NCBI GenBank assembly: GCA_963743635.1 | Contig: CAVUQO010000003.1 | Span: 448,001-512,000, forward strand | Reading direction: 5' to 3' | DNA: 64,000 bases | Source of the DNA: Candidatus Babeliales bacterium | GTDB lineage: Bacteria > Babelota > Babeliae > Babelales > Vermiphilaceae | Part shown: piece by piece, positions 20,081 to 29,855 of the stretch | Numbering within the stretch: the first letter of the stretch is position 1 | How the letters are laid out: each line of letters begins with the position of its first letter | Notes under the pieces: model-generated | Told to the model about the DNA's origin: nothing | The model's input: the letters and a program-made list of their open reading frames with translations, nothing else | Databases searched by the model: none | Position numbers and translations under genes: made by a program

Positions 20081-20758
20081 ATGCGCAGTGCGTACATATA
20101 TAGTTTGGTCTTGTGTCTAGCTGGGGTCTCGTTTGGGTATGCCATGGACCGTCCAATAGGCAGGAAAGAAATGGCACAAAGAATGGAAGCGGTCATTGCT
20201 GAATTCGAAACTGGGGCAATACGCACAGAAGATGAATTCATAAAAAGAGCTTATGCCATTGCTCCATCTATCGCTCAAGCGGCAGGAATGTCAGATCGTG
20301 AAGAGATTATAGCCAAATCAATCATTTACGCCAAATATCATCGTGATTATGCCAAGAAGGAGTCGGTATTCCTGCAGAATCATGCGCAGTCTCAGCAGAA
20401 AGAATTGAAGCGATTGTGTCCTTATTTATTTGTTGTTGTGCCCTATGATTGCACCGTGATCATTAAGAAACAATATGAAAATGGTGTGACAGATAGTGGT
20501 GAGTCTCATACACTATACGCAGGCAAATATACCATTCAAGAGGCGCAAAAGGTTATATCGACTGCTATTTCAAATTATACCCGTGACTATAGCAAACGGT
20601 CTGATGGCAGATTGAATCCAGATCAGGTCATAGAATGCACTCTGCGCTATGGTAAGCCACACACATGTAGGCATTCGTCTTTGATCATTCGCGCCAATGA
20701 CGCGTGGATGGAGATTGAAAGGTGTATGAAAAACCATCTTGCAATGGGTTTAGAGTAA
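20081..20758 (+). CDS. Secreted hypothetical protein
   Basis: MRSAYIYSLVLCLAGVSFGYA-MD. Confidence 0.75.
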   Translation: MRSAYIYSLVLCLAGVSFGYAMDRPIGRKEMAQRMEAVIAEFETGAIRTEDEFIKRAYAIAPSIAQAAGMSDREEIIAKSIIYAKYHRDYAKKESVFLQNHAQSQQKELKRLCPYLFVVVPYDCTVIIKKQYENGVTDSGESHTLYAGKYTIQEAQKVISTAISNYTRDYSKRSDGRLNPDQVIECTLRYGKPHTCRHSSLIIRANDAWMEIERCMKNHLAMGLE

Positions 20759-20765
20759 GAATAAT

Positions 20766-20797
20766 AAAGCGCACCCTTTTTATGGGGTGCGCTTTTC
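20766..20797. terminator. Bidirectional terminator
   Basis: aaagcgcaccc-ttttta-tggggtgcgcttt between convergent genes. Confidence 0.7.
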
Positions 20798-20838
20798 ATT
20801 TTCAATAAGACTCGTTGTTCAGTGATGAAATATACTAT

Positions 20839-21246
20839 TTATCTTTGTTGAATAGCAGCTTTTAGTAGCAGTACATACGCTTGGAATGCAGCATGTGCTT
20901 TTTCTCGGGTAGCAGCATTTTTAGTGTGTGCAAACACGAGACTTTCTTGCACTATTGCTTGTTCAAGGTAATCATTTTCTTGGAATGACCTTGTTTCGGC
21001 TGACCATTTAGTAGTAGAAGGTATAAGAGGTTTTAGTAGTTTTGCATACTCTTGGAATGTTTCATGTGCTTTTTCTCTGGTAGCAGTATTTCTATTTTGT
21101 GTAAACACGAGACTTTCTTGCGCTTCTAAGTTTTCAAGTAGTGAGAGTGCTCTTTCCCTTTTCGCCATATCCTCTTTGTAACTTGCAAACACCGATGATC
21201 CGCAGCATACCAATGCCACGAGGGCGACTAATTTTAGATTTTTCAT
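20839..21246 (-). CDS. Secreted protein with internal duplication, related to leader family B
   Basis: VALVCCGSSVFA leader; two QESLVF...ATREKAH..FQ.Y..LLK repeats. Confidence 0.8.
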   Translation of the reverse strand: MKNLKLVALVALVCCGSSVFASYKEDMAKRERALSLLENLEAQESLVFTQNRNTATREKAHETFQEYAKLLKPLIPSTTKWSAETRSFQENDYLEQAIVQESLVFAHTKNAATREKAHAAFQAYVLLLKAAIQQR

Positions 21247-21464
21247 ATTTTCTTACTCCTTTTTATGAAGATTAATACTATTAACAAGTACCAGCATAAA
21301 GTAAGTAGAGGCTAAAAATCAATAGTTTAGCGCATTTAGTTGTGTGCCAATGCGCTATGAAGCGATCTGGATGGTGAATGCGAGAATAGAGGGCTATTAA
21401 GTGGGCTTTGTGTGCTTATTGGAGGGTGCAGGGATGGCCAGGTAGCCATCCCTGTAGAATGAAT

Positions 21465-22373
21465 CTAGTAGAAATTCTTAGTCAGATACGCGCGGCCAGA
21501 ATCGCCAAAGATCATGACTGAGTAGGTGTCTGGTCCGAGGTTTGCGGTGTATTTTTGCGCAGCAGCAGCAACAGCTCCACTGCTTGGCCCTGCCAAGAGC
21601 CCGTATTTGCGGGCAAGGACTTGGAGCATGCCAAGCGCTTCATCATCAGTTACCTCTACAAACTCATTAATAGCCGATTCATCAAGCACTGGCGATTTGA
21701 AATCGATGCCCATGCCTTCAACTTTATACGGTTTTGGATTACCGCCCGTTGCGCGGAATGAATTATTAGAGTCAACTGCAACGATAGTGACGTCAGGATT
21801 TTGTTGTTTTAAATAGCGTCCCACACCGCTGATAGTTCCGCAGGTGCCGGCTGCAGCGAAAAAGTGGGTAATTTTGCCGTCAGTTTGTTTCCAAATTTCT
21901 GGTCCAAGGAGTGAATAGTGGGCAACGGCGTTAACCGGATTGAAATATTGATTTGGCATGAATGAGTTTGGTGTTTTTGCATGGATCGCTAATGCTTGGC
22001 TGTGATAACTGACTGGATCTTCGATGAATGCCGTTGGAGGACACATTACAATTTCAGCGCCATAGGCTTGGATCGTTTGTAATTTTTCTTTACTGATTTT
22101 TTCTGAAACGCACATGATAACTTTGTAACCTTTGACTGCGCCAATCATAGCAACGGCGACCGCATGATTACCGGAAGATGCGTCAACGATAGTACCACCC
22201 GGTTTGAGTATGCCTTTTTTTTCTGCATCTTCGATTAAAAATTTGGCAGAACGGTCTTTTACGCTACCACCGGGATTGAGATATTCCAGTTTTGCATAAA
22301 GCGGTGCGGAATGGAATCCGACTCGTACGAGTGGCGTGTTGCCGATGGCATCAATGGGATTGGCATATATCAT
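21465..22373 (-). CDS. PLP-dependent cysteine synthase / cystathionine beta-synthase family protein
   Basis: IGNTPLV, KLEYLNPGGSVKDR, SSGN, GTCGT, GPSSG. Confidence 0.92.
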   Translation of the reverse strand: MIYANPIDAIGNTPLVRVGFHSAPLYAKLEYLNPGGSVKDRSAKFLIEDAEKKGILKPGGTIVDASSGNHAVAVAMIGAVKGYKVIMCVSEKISKEKLQTIQAYGAEIVMCPPTAFIEDPVSYHSQALAIHAKTPNSFMPNQYFNPVNAVAHYSLLGPEIWKQTDGKITHFFAAAGTCGTISGVGRYLKQQNPDVTIVAVDSNNSFRATGGNPKPYKVEGMGIDFKSPVLDESAINEFVEVTDDEALGMLQVLARKYGLLAGPSSGAVAAAAQKYTANLGPDTYSVMIFGDSGRAYLTKNFY

Positions 22374-22478
22374 GTGTGAGAACCTTTGTTGATAATTATT
22401 GTTTTCTATCAGCAGTATACTATACAGTAATCCTAAGACGAACAAAAGAGTGTTTTGATAGAAAGAAAGGGTTTGTGC

Positions 22479-22973
22479 ATGGAACAGGTGATGGGCGGGT
22501 ATTCACTGCAAACTTTTTTGCCATTAATTACTATTTTTTCAATAGTGATTGGCATAACGGTAATTCATCAGTGGTATTATGGTTTTAATCTACACGAAGC
22601 ATTACGCATCTTTATGGCATCATTTTTTTTGGTGTTTGGATTTTTAAAGGTGATCAATATTGGGGAATTTGCAGAAGCATATTCGATGTACGATATCATT
22701 GCAAAGCGGATCTATTGGTATGGCTATGTCTACCCGTATATAGAAGTTGCGCTTGGTATTGCCTATCTTCTTAATTGGCGCCCAAAAATGGTCAACATGT
22801 TTACTTTGTGCATGATGATTGTGTGTGCAACGGGAGTGTTTATCGAATTGCGCGCAGGCAAAAAAATGGTATGCGCATGTCTTGGCGCGATCTTTAAAGT
22901 GCCGATGACCTACGTTACATTGCTTGAAGATTTACTCATGGCCGTTATGGCCGGCCTGATGCTGCTGTTGTAA
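22479..22973 (+). CDS. MauE/DoxX-like membrane protein
   Basis: FFLVFGFLK, YSMYDIIAKR, YPYIE, CACLG, EDLLM. Confidence 0.75.
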   Translation: MEQVMGGYSLQTFLPLITIFSIVIGITVIHQWYYGFNLHEALRIFMASFFLVFGFLKVINIGEFAEAYSMYDIIAKRIYWYGYVYPYIEVALGIAYLLNWRPKMVNMFTLCMMIVCATGVFIELRAGKKMVCACLGAIFKVPMTYVTLLEDLLMAVMAGLMLLL

Positions 22974-22983
22974 TATTCGTTGG

Positions 22984-23937
22984 CTAAAACAAATATATGA
23001 GCATAAGTGAAATAAGCAATGAGTAAATTGCGCAGGTATCAATGAGCCCTTGAGCAAATATGCTGACTTTGGAAAGTAGTTCATGCTGGTCGGGATTGAG
23101 TGCAATTTGTTCGCAGGCAGCAGAAGCGGTGATGCCCGAGCTTATGCCTGGTCCGAATGTTCCGAGGCCTGTAGAGAGCGCTGCAGCGAGTAATGCAATA
23201 CTTTTCGCAAGAGCATGATCTGCGGGAAGTGGTGTGAGTAAAATGAGCATTGCAATGACAAGACTAAAAATGATCGGCGTTTCAATCATTGCTTCACTGA
23301 CTAACATAAATGAAAACAATTTATTATATGCTTCGCGATTGATACCAACGCCGCGACACGCTACTTTAGCAAATCGCGCAAGTCCAATGGCAGGTCCGAT
23401 GCTGCCAAGCCCAATGCATAATCCTGCGGCAATTAATTTTAAACTTTCTTCAAACGTCTGTATCGTAGCCGCTTGATTTATGATCATGACTGCAACGATA
23501 AATCCAAAGATGATGGGCGTTTGTAAGATTGATTGAGTAAGGAGCATGAAGCGCAATATCTTTTGGCTGAAGAAAGGCTGACGTGCAATAGCATAACATG
23601 CTTCACGTGTTGGTAATGCAGAAATGAGTCCGATTGTAAGGCTAGAAAAACAGACCGCAAGCATAACGCCGAGTTCCGCATAATAGCCATAAATAGATGC
23701 CGGTTGGCTACGCAATAAAATAATTGCGATTGCAACACCCATGATTGCGGCAGTTTCGATGAGTGCCATGCCAAGTATCGCAGCTTTTGAGATATCGTCT
23801 TGCGCGGCGGGTTGTTGGTTGATGGCATCCAGCGCAGCGCCGCTTGTCATCCCCTCGCCAATACCAACGCCAATAGAGCTGATACCAACTGTCAGAGCGA
23901 TGGTGCTATAGTGTATTAATTCACCCAGTTCTATCAT
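22984..23937 (-). CDS. atpE: ATP synthase F0 subunit c, four fused hairpins
   Basis: Four Gly-rich helix/loop/helix repeats; ion-site residues E61, Q139, E219, D300; directly downstream of atpB. Confidence 0.9.
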   Translation of the reverse strand: MIELGELIHYSTIALTVGISSIGVGIGEGMTSGAALDAINQQPAAQDDISKAAILGMALIETAAIMGVAIAIILLRSQPASIYGYYAELGVMLAVCFSSLTIGLISALPTREACYAIARQPFFSQKILRFMLLTQSILQTPIIFGFIVAVMIINQAATIQTFEESLKLIAAGLCIGLGSIGPAIGLARFAKVACRGVGINREAYNKLFSFMLVSEAMIETPIIFSLVIAMLILLTPLPADHALAKSIALLAAALSTGLGTFGPGISSGITASAACEQIALNPDQHELLSKVSIFAQGLIDTCAIYSLLISLMLIYLF

Positions 23938-24674
23938 TATGATATTCCTTTTGGCTCGTGTTGAGTGGCAATGGCAAGATACGTAATCGTTAACATGGTA
24001 AATACAAATGCTTGTAAGAAACCTTCAAATAACCCAAAAAAAAGATATATCACCATATTGACTGAGCAAAGACCAATGAGTTGATAAATCCATGAACCGC
24101 TGATTGCATTGAAATATATTGATGAAATGGTGAAGCCGCCATAAATATTACCAAAAAGTCGAAACGCAATTGAGACGATTGTGGCGAGTTTGCCGACGAC
24201 GTGGAGCGGGAACATGAGAAAGAATGGTTCACAAAATTCTTTGAGATATTCCTTAATGCCGTGCGTTTTTATTGCGTAAAATTGTGTGTAGATAAATGCG
24301 ATAATGCCGAGCGCAAGCGTAGTATTTAAATCTTTCGTTGGTTCTTCAATCCAGGGGATGAGTGAGGCGATATTGCAAAAGAAGATAAAGCAAAAAAGGC
24401 TCGTAATAAAATTAAAATGGATTGAGGCGAGATGCCCGAGCGCTTGGTGGGTAAGATCCATAAAAGAAATGATGAATGAAGCAAGCAGATGGCGCAGAAC
24501 ACTTCTTTTCTGAGATAAAATATATTTGATGGGGAGTGAAAGCACAACCAAAAGTATGATTACAATCCATGTATCGAGGATTGTGTGGGCATTAAGAGAC
24601 CAAAATGGATTCGTAAATCCATAGGCCAATAGAGGCTGCCATTGATTATCACTCAGAGCGTGCGCTTCTGTCAT
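23937..24674 (-). CDS. atpB: ATP synthase F0 subunit a
   Basis: PTKDLNTTLAL, FRLFGNI (essential Arg), LQAFVFTML. Confidence 0.95.
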   Translation of the reverse strand: MTEAHALSDNQWQPLLAYGFTNPFWSLNAHTILDTWIVIILLVVLSLPIKYILSQKRSVLRHLLASFIISFMDLTHQALGHLASIHFNFITSLFCFIFFCNIASLIPWIEEPTKDLNTTLALGIIAFIYTQFYAIKTHGIKEYLKEFCEPFFLMFPLHVVGKLATIVSIAFRLFGNIYGGFTISSIYFNAISGSWIYQLIGLCSVNMVIYLFFGLFEGFLQAFVFTMLTITYLAIATQHEPKGIS

Positions 24675-24975
24675 ATGGTTTGGCCTTATCCTTAAGTATT
24701 ACCAGCCAAAAGGCTGTTAAAAATGATACCAAAACCAGTATAAGATGAATTGATGGGGATCGCAATAAGAAGAAAAAGAGTGTGAGCAAAGTTATGATGC
24801 GCATGAAAGAATACGAAAATGAGGAGTAGGGGTTGCGCTTAATGAGTGGCTGTCCGGCAGGATTTGATTCAGAAGAAAGGACTCTTTTCTTGCAATGAAA
24901 CAAGAAAAAGAGTCCATATATAATTCCAAGACCAAAACCGGCAGCCAACGAAAGCGCGACGGTATAGAGTTCCAT
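24649..24975 (-). CDS. AtpR/AtpI-like small membrane protein
   Basis: Small hydrophobic protein (AGFGLGIIYG) immediately upstream of atpB. Confidence 0.6.
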   Translation of the reverse strand: MELYTVALSLAAGFGLGIIYGLFFLFHCKKRVLSSESNPAGQPLIKRNPYSSFSYSFMRIITLLTLFFFLLRSPSIHLILVLVSFLTAFWLVILKDKAKPYDRSARSE

Positions 24976-24984
24976 TACAGTATG

Positions 24985-26403
24985 TTAGAACTTCTTAAGG
25001 CCTTTGTGGCGCCAGAATTCAGTAACAATGCCGGTTGAACCAGTAACAACGACTAAGCCGTTACGTTCATCGACTGTTTTCTGAGCAGCTTCAAATGCTT
25101 CTTTGAAGTTTGCGCACGCCTTAGCTTTTATTTTCATGCTCTTAATTTCATTCGTTACTTTTTCAACATCCCATGATGGGGCATCAACGTGACCTGGAAT
25201 TGATGCAACGGGGCATACAAATACTTGGCCAGAAGTCTTTTTGAAGAAGTAGCGTAGAAGCTTAAGGAATTCAGCAACATTTAATTCAGGATTATTACAT
25301 CCGACAATGAGCGTGAGTCCTTTCAGCGGTCGTTGATAATGTAAGAGACGAATACCAAGCAACAGATTCTTAAATGCGTCGAGATTGTCGGCGCTATCAA
25401 TTAAGAGGCTTGGCTTTTCTTTTTCTAGTAATTGAAAGCGTCCTGCAATAGTGCATTCGCTATCTTTCCAGAATTGATCAATAGTTTTCTTAGGATTCAG
25501 TTCTGATTGACGTTTTGCTTCTAGAGTAGGGCGACCACGTTGACCTTTTTTCTTGGTTAACAAGGTACCACTTACTACGATTGCATCTTTATCAGTAAAT
25601 GAATTGACATAAATAGAGGCGATGCGTTCAGCAAGTGCTGCGCAACGTCCATGAAGTTGTTCAAAAGGATATGCAAGCGGTGAAAGCTTACGAATTGGCA
25701 TTGCCCAGATACCTTTTTTAGCTTCGACCATTTCAAGCATTGTTTGTAAGTTTAATTTGCTTTGGTCAGCAGAAACAAGGTGAGTTCCAGGTTTGACAAT
25801 AGAAACCATTTGTTGGATAAAATCTTTTATTTCTTCAGCATTCGCATCGACATTGTCTGGCGTAACGCGTGTGATAGCGGCAACTTTTGGTGAACAAATA
25901 TGGGTTGCCATGTGTAGGCCGGTGTTATCAACTTCTAGAATTGCAACATCAAAATTTTGTTCTTTAAAATAAAGGAGCGCCATCATAACCAATACATCAT
26001 GAGATGTTGGTTTGAGAGCAAGTGAATCGGCAGTGTTTAATACTTCATTACCAAGTTCGGTGAATGATTTATTGGAGATGATCTCGCCATTGCCAGTAAT
26101 AAGTTCATTGTAGGTCAGTATGTGTGGTTCTTGGAATGTACCAACGGTAAGACCTTCTTCTCTCAGCAATTTTGCTGCGAAATGTATTGTTAACGATTTG
26201 CCGTTAGTACCTGTTACCAAAATGGTATTAAGCTTATCAGCGACGTTATTGAACGCAGCATTAAGTTTTTTAATGCACGTAAGCTGCTTATCACCCTTTT
26301 TTACGTTCCAATGGCTATCCAGGAACTCAACGATTTCGTTGTAATTACGCTGCTTGCCAAGGGTAACCGGGCTTTTGTCAGACTGTTTAGTGATGTCTTT
26401 CAT
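24985..26403 (-). CDS. Divergent FolC / Mur-ligase-fold protein
   Basis: VTGTNGKS P-loop, EPHI, AILEV, GRFQ, VVTGS; several FolC motifs are degenerate. Confidence 0.75.
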   Translation of the reverse strand: MKDITKQSDKSPVTLGKQRNYNEIVEFLDSHWNVKKGDKQLTCIKKLNAAFNNVADKLNTILVTGTNGKSLTIHFAAKLLREEGLTVGTFQEPHILTYNELITGNGEIISNKSFTELGNEVLNTADSLALKPTSHDVLVMMALLYFKEQNFDVAILEVDNTGLHMATHICSPKVAAITRVTPDNVDANAEEIKDFIQQMVSIVKPGTHLVSADQSKLNLQTMLEMVEAKKGIWAMPIRKLSPLAYPFEQLHGRCAALAERIASIYVNSFTDKDAIVVSGTLLTKKKGQRGRPTLEAKRQSELNPKKTIDQFWKDSECTIAGRFQLLEKEKPSLLIDSADNLDAFKNLLLGIRLLHYQRPLKGLTLIVGCNNPELNVAEFLKLLRYFFKKTSGQVFVCPVASIPGHVDAPSWDVEKVTNEIKSMKIKAKACANFKEAFEAAQKTVDERNGLVVVTGSTGIVTEFWRHKGLKKF

Positions 26404-26634
26404 GTCGATCTCCGCTTAATGGTGAACTGCTTATCGAGGTTTAATTAGTTAAAACCTTAAATATCTATTATGCATTTGGCTTGAGCCACTCATAATGGTA
26501 TATAGGGTATACATAATCAACTATACCAGATCAATACAAAATGTCAAAGAAGAAATTTTTTGCCTTAATTGAATCTTGAAATTACAATAAGTTAAAGTAA
26601 ATGATCGATTTTAAGCCCTATTAATAGGATTTTC

Positions 26635-27270
26635 ATGGAAAATAAGCGATTCTCGTGGTTTGATGATGAAGCGTTAAAAGTTGCAGTTAAAGCTGTAAAT
26701 GAGGGAAAAATAGGGGTTGGAGACACCGATACGGTCCCTGGACTTTTTGCCGGATGTACTTCTATGGGGGTTGCCCAGCTGAACGCGATAAAAGAGCGGT
26801 TTGATAAGCCTTATTTGATCTTATTGGGGTCTCGAGACTCGGTCTTTTCCTTCATAAAACAGCCTTTATCTATACAAATAGAAACTTTGATGAAAAAATA
26901 TTGGCCGGGGCCGTTGACCCTTATTTTGCCGGCACAGGAGGATATTCCTGCCTATTTGCAGTCAAAGCAGGGGGGAATTGCGATCCGAATCCCAGAGCAT
27001 CCTCAGGTTCGTGCCCTGGCGCTTGCCTGTGGTGGCGTGCTTTCAACGAGTGCTAATTTTGCCGGAAAGCCAACCCCCAAGACGCTTGGTGAGGTTGAGC
27101 CGCATATGTATGAGGTATCAGCATTTGTGTTGTATGACCCTCATCATCAGGCAAGTGATCAGCCATCAACTATTTTGGATGTAACGGGAAATCAGATTCG
27201 CGTAGTTCGCGAGGGAGCGATTCCTGTAGAGGAGCTTGAAGCCGTGGCTGGCTGCTCCTTTATACGTTGA
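26635..27270 (+). CDS. tsaC: Threonylcarbamoyl-AMP synthase (YrdC/Sua5)
   Basis: TDTVPGL, K.R..KP, WPGPLT, STSAN, PSTILD, REGAI. Confidence 0.92.
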   Translation: MENKRFSWFDDEALKVAVKAVNEGKIGVGDTDTVPGLFAGCTSMGVAQLNAIKERFDKPYLILLGSRDSVFSFIKQPLSIQIETLMKKYWPGPLTLILPAQEDIPAYLQSKQGGIAIRIPEHPQVRALALACGGVLSTSANFAGKPTPKTLGEVEPHMYEVSAFVLYDPHHQASDQPSTILDVTGNQIRVVREGAIPVEELEAVAGCSFIR

Positions 27271-27335
27271 TTCTTGACTTTGATCATTGCATAGAGCGTA
27301 TGATCAAGTAAAAATCATTGCTGTAAAGGAGTGTC

Positions 27336-27812
27336 ATGAAGGCAAAAGGATTCACTTTAATCGAAGTGATGGTGGTGATTGCGATTATTGCATTGCTTGC
27401 CATGATCAGTGTACCAAGTATTATGCGTTATTTGGCTAAGGCAAAACGGACTGAGGCGCACGTAAACCTGCGAGCGCTCTATACGGCAGAGAAAGCATAT
27501 TGGGCAGAGCATGGCACATATTCGAGCGTATTGAGTGGCCCCAATGGTATTGGTTGGCAACCGGAAGGATATAGTGGTGGTGGCGCAAAAGAAAACTTTT
27601 GTTACACCTATGGCTTTCCCGGAGCAGAAGGAGTCAATTACTTCACGGGTAATTTAGGAACGCCAGCTTCCAATTTGAGCAAGGCTCAAGCAGGTAAGAC
27701 AGGCTTTCTTGCAATAGCAGCAGGAGATATTGATGGTGATGGTAAACCAGATATTCTCGCCATTGATCATATGGGAAAAATTGTATTGCTCGATGATGAT
27801 TTAATGGATTAG
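27336..27812 (+). CDS. Type IV pilin / pseudopilin
   Basis: Prepilin cleavage motif KG/FTLIEVMVVIAII. Confidence 0.9.
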   Translation: MKAKGFTLIEVMVVIAIIALLAMISVPSIMRYLAKAKRTEAHVNLRALYTAEKAYWAEHGTYSSVLSGPNGIGWQPEGYSGGGAKENFCYTYGFPGAEGVNYFTGNLGTPASNLSKAQAGKTGFLAIAAGDIDGDGKPDILAIDHMGKIVLLDDDLMD

Positions 27813-27825
27813 CCCTTCGATTACG

Positions 27826-27875
27826 TAAAAAAAGAAAGAGACGAATGCTTTGTGTATTCGTCTCTTTCTTTTTTA
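27826..27875. terminator. Bidirectional terminator
   Basis: aaaaaaagaaagagacgaat / attcgtctctttctttttt. Confidence 0.75.
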
Positions 27876-27876
27876 G

Positions 27877-28287
27877 TTACTTCTGAGTTTTTTCCGATTC
27901 AGAATTGAAGATTGCATTTTTTACTCGTTCGCAAGCAGCAATAAGCGCTTCTCTTGCTGCTGGATCAGCAAATCCGATGTACGTAAGTGCAGAGAGAACA
28001 ACAATAACTTTATTTTTGTGTCTGTTGCGTGAGAGCTGTGTAGCTATCTTGTTGAATCCATCTTTATGCGCTTTTTCCAAATCATTCATTTTTTTATTTA
28101 ACTCAATGACATCTTTTCCTATTTCATTGATTCTGGAATCAGAGCGCACAGGAGCCGATTCTGCTGTGGTAGTAGATGAAGAAAAGCGTATCGGTGTATC
28201 GGTGAATGGGAATGCGTGCGTCGTTGCAGCACAAAGAATTGAAAATGCGCAGAGCAATTGAATGTTGAAATATTTAACCGAAATCAT
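27877..28287 (-). CDS. Secreted or membrane-anchored hypothetical coiled-coil protein
   Basis: Signal peptide ending THA; coiled coil; hydrophobic segment. Confidence 0.65.
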   Translation of the reverse strand: MISVKYFNIQLLCAFSILCAATTHAFPFTDTPIRFSSSTTTAESAPVRSDSRINEIGKDVIELNKKMNDLEKAHKDGFNKIATQLSRNRHKNKVIVVLSALTYIGFADPAAREALIAACERVKNAIFNSESEKTQK

Positions 28288-28391
28288 GCATGTTCCTTCA
28301 TAGTGAAAAAATATATTTTTATAATATCGGTTTATCAGTATAGCAACATTTGATCAGAAGTTTAGGAAATTATATTTTTTCGAATCAATTT

Positions 28392-29144
28392 CTATGAAGC
28401 AAGAAAAGTAAGAATGTCGTACTGAAAGAGTACGTAAATGATCGCGCCGATTGCAAGGAATGGTCCGAATGGAATGCGCGTTCCTTGTCCTTTACCTGCG
28501 TAAAGAAGATATGCAATACCCATGCAGCTGCCGAGTAATGAGCCGATAGTCAGTGATAACCAGCACCCGATGATGCCGGTGCATGAGCCAATATATGCGA
28601 GCAGATCGATATCGCCATCACCCATACATTCTTTGCCAGTGAGCGTGCGAAAGATAAAGCTGAGGAAATACAAAAACGCATAACCGCCAGCGGCGCCCAT
28701 CATGCTTTCAAGCGGCGTAATCGGAAGCAAGTCAAAGTATGCGCAGAGAATGCTCAGTGGAATCAGATATACATTCATGTATTGAGATAGGAGCATATAT
28801 TCAAGATCGGTTCGTATCGAAACGATGAGGGCTGAGAAAAAAACGAAATATGCAAACCAATATGTAGGTTCTATATGCGTAATGAGCAGGAGCCCTGCAA
28901 CCACCGTCAATAGTTCAATCAAGGGATAGAGATAGGAAATTGGTTCTTGGCAGTAACGGCAACGGCCGCGTAACCAGATCCATGAAAAGAGCGGTATGAG
29001 ATCATACCAGGCGAGTGTTGTTTTACAATGTGGACAATGTGAACGTAAAAATACAATATCTTCGTTGGTAATTAAACGATGTCCCACAACATTTAGAAAT
29101 GATCCCCAGCATATAAATAAGGCGATGAGGAACAGGATCATCAT
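28392..29144 (-). CDS. pilD: Prepilin peptidase
   Basis: GSFLNV, RSHCPHC, RGRCRYC, MGDGD, IPFGPFL. Confidence 0.95.
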   Translation of the reverse strand: MMILFLIALFICWGSFLNVVGHRLITNEDIVFLRSHCPHCKTTLAWYDLIPLFSWIWLRGRCRYCQEPISYLYPLIELLTVVAGLLLITHIEPTYWFAYFVFFSALIVSIRTDLEYMLLSQYMNVYLIPLSILCAYFDLLPITPLESMMGAAGGYAFLYFLSFIFRTLTGKECMGDGDIDLLAYIGSCTGIIGCWLSLTIGSLLGSCMGIAYLLYAGKGQGTRIPFGPFLAIGAIIYVLFQYDILTFLAS

Positions 29145-29503
29145 TCTTGTGCTTTGATCTCGTTGAAAATGTTTTCAAGCTTCATTTGCTTTTCAAACTT
29201 ATCATCATATTTAAAGACGATGTTTGGCACATGGCGAGAAGGAACGCGTTGCGCGAGCGCTTTGCGCATTGATGGTTTATAGAGGATCAGCACTGAACGG
29301 ATTGGATTAAATGCCTCAAGTCCGCCCGGAATATAAAAGTATATATCGCATACACTTTTATTGGGGGAAAGTTTTACGTGTGTTATGAATGCCCCAACAA
29401 GACGAGGGTCATCCATAGAGATTTGGAGAAAGAGTTGAGAAAGCTCTTTGAGTAAAAGAGCTTCTTTTTGAGCTTTTCGTATTTCAGGTAACTTGTTATT
29501 CAT
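29141..29503 (-). CDS. rbfA: Ribosome-binding factor A
   Basis: DPRL...ITHVKLS...P...FKYD pattern; 120 aa. Confidence 0.8.
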   Translation of the reverse strand: MNNKLPEIRKAQKEALLLKELSQLFLQISMDDPRLVGAFITHVKLSPNKSVCDIYFYIPGGLEAFNPIRSVLILYKPSMRKALAQRVPSRHVPNIVFKYDDKFEKQMKLENIFNEIKAQE

Positions 29504-29509
29504 AGAAAG

Positions 29510-29728
29510 TTACTTTAAAAGCCCTTGTGCTGCTAAACGGATGAAGTTCTGCTTAATAGCGCGAACCAAGCGTTTGCGACGTTTTTGGGTAGGAGCTTCG
29601 AAATAAACGGTACGTTTCATATCGCGAACAACACCTTCACGTTCAATTTTTTTCTTGAGCTGGCGGAGTGCGCGTTCAATGTTTGAACTGACTGAAACTT
29701 CGATATTTGCTTTACGGGACTTTGACAT
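29510..29728 (-). CDS. rpsU: 30S ribosomal protein bS21
   Basis: IERALRQLKKK.EREG...FEAPT.KRRK. Confidence 0.9.
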   Translation of the reverse strand: MSKSRKANIEVSVSSNIERALRQLKKKIEREGVVRDMKRTVYFEAPTQKRRKRLVRAIKQNFIRLAAQGLLK

Positions 29729-29855
29729 AGTAACCTAAAAACCTTCCTCATTATCAGGGATAGACGTAATATAACTGGGGAATAACACTATTATAGCCTC
29801 CATGATACGCAATTTTGCCTGATTTGTCTATGGTTATATACGAGATGGCCTTGAA

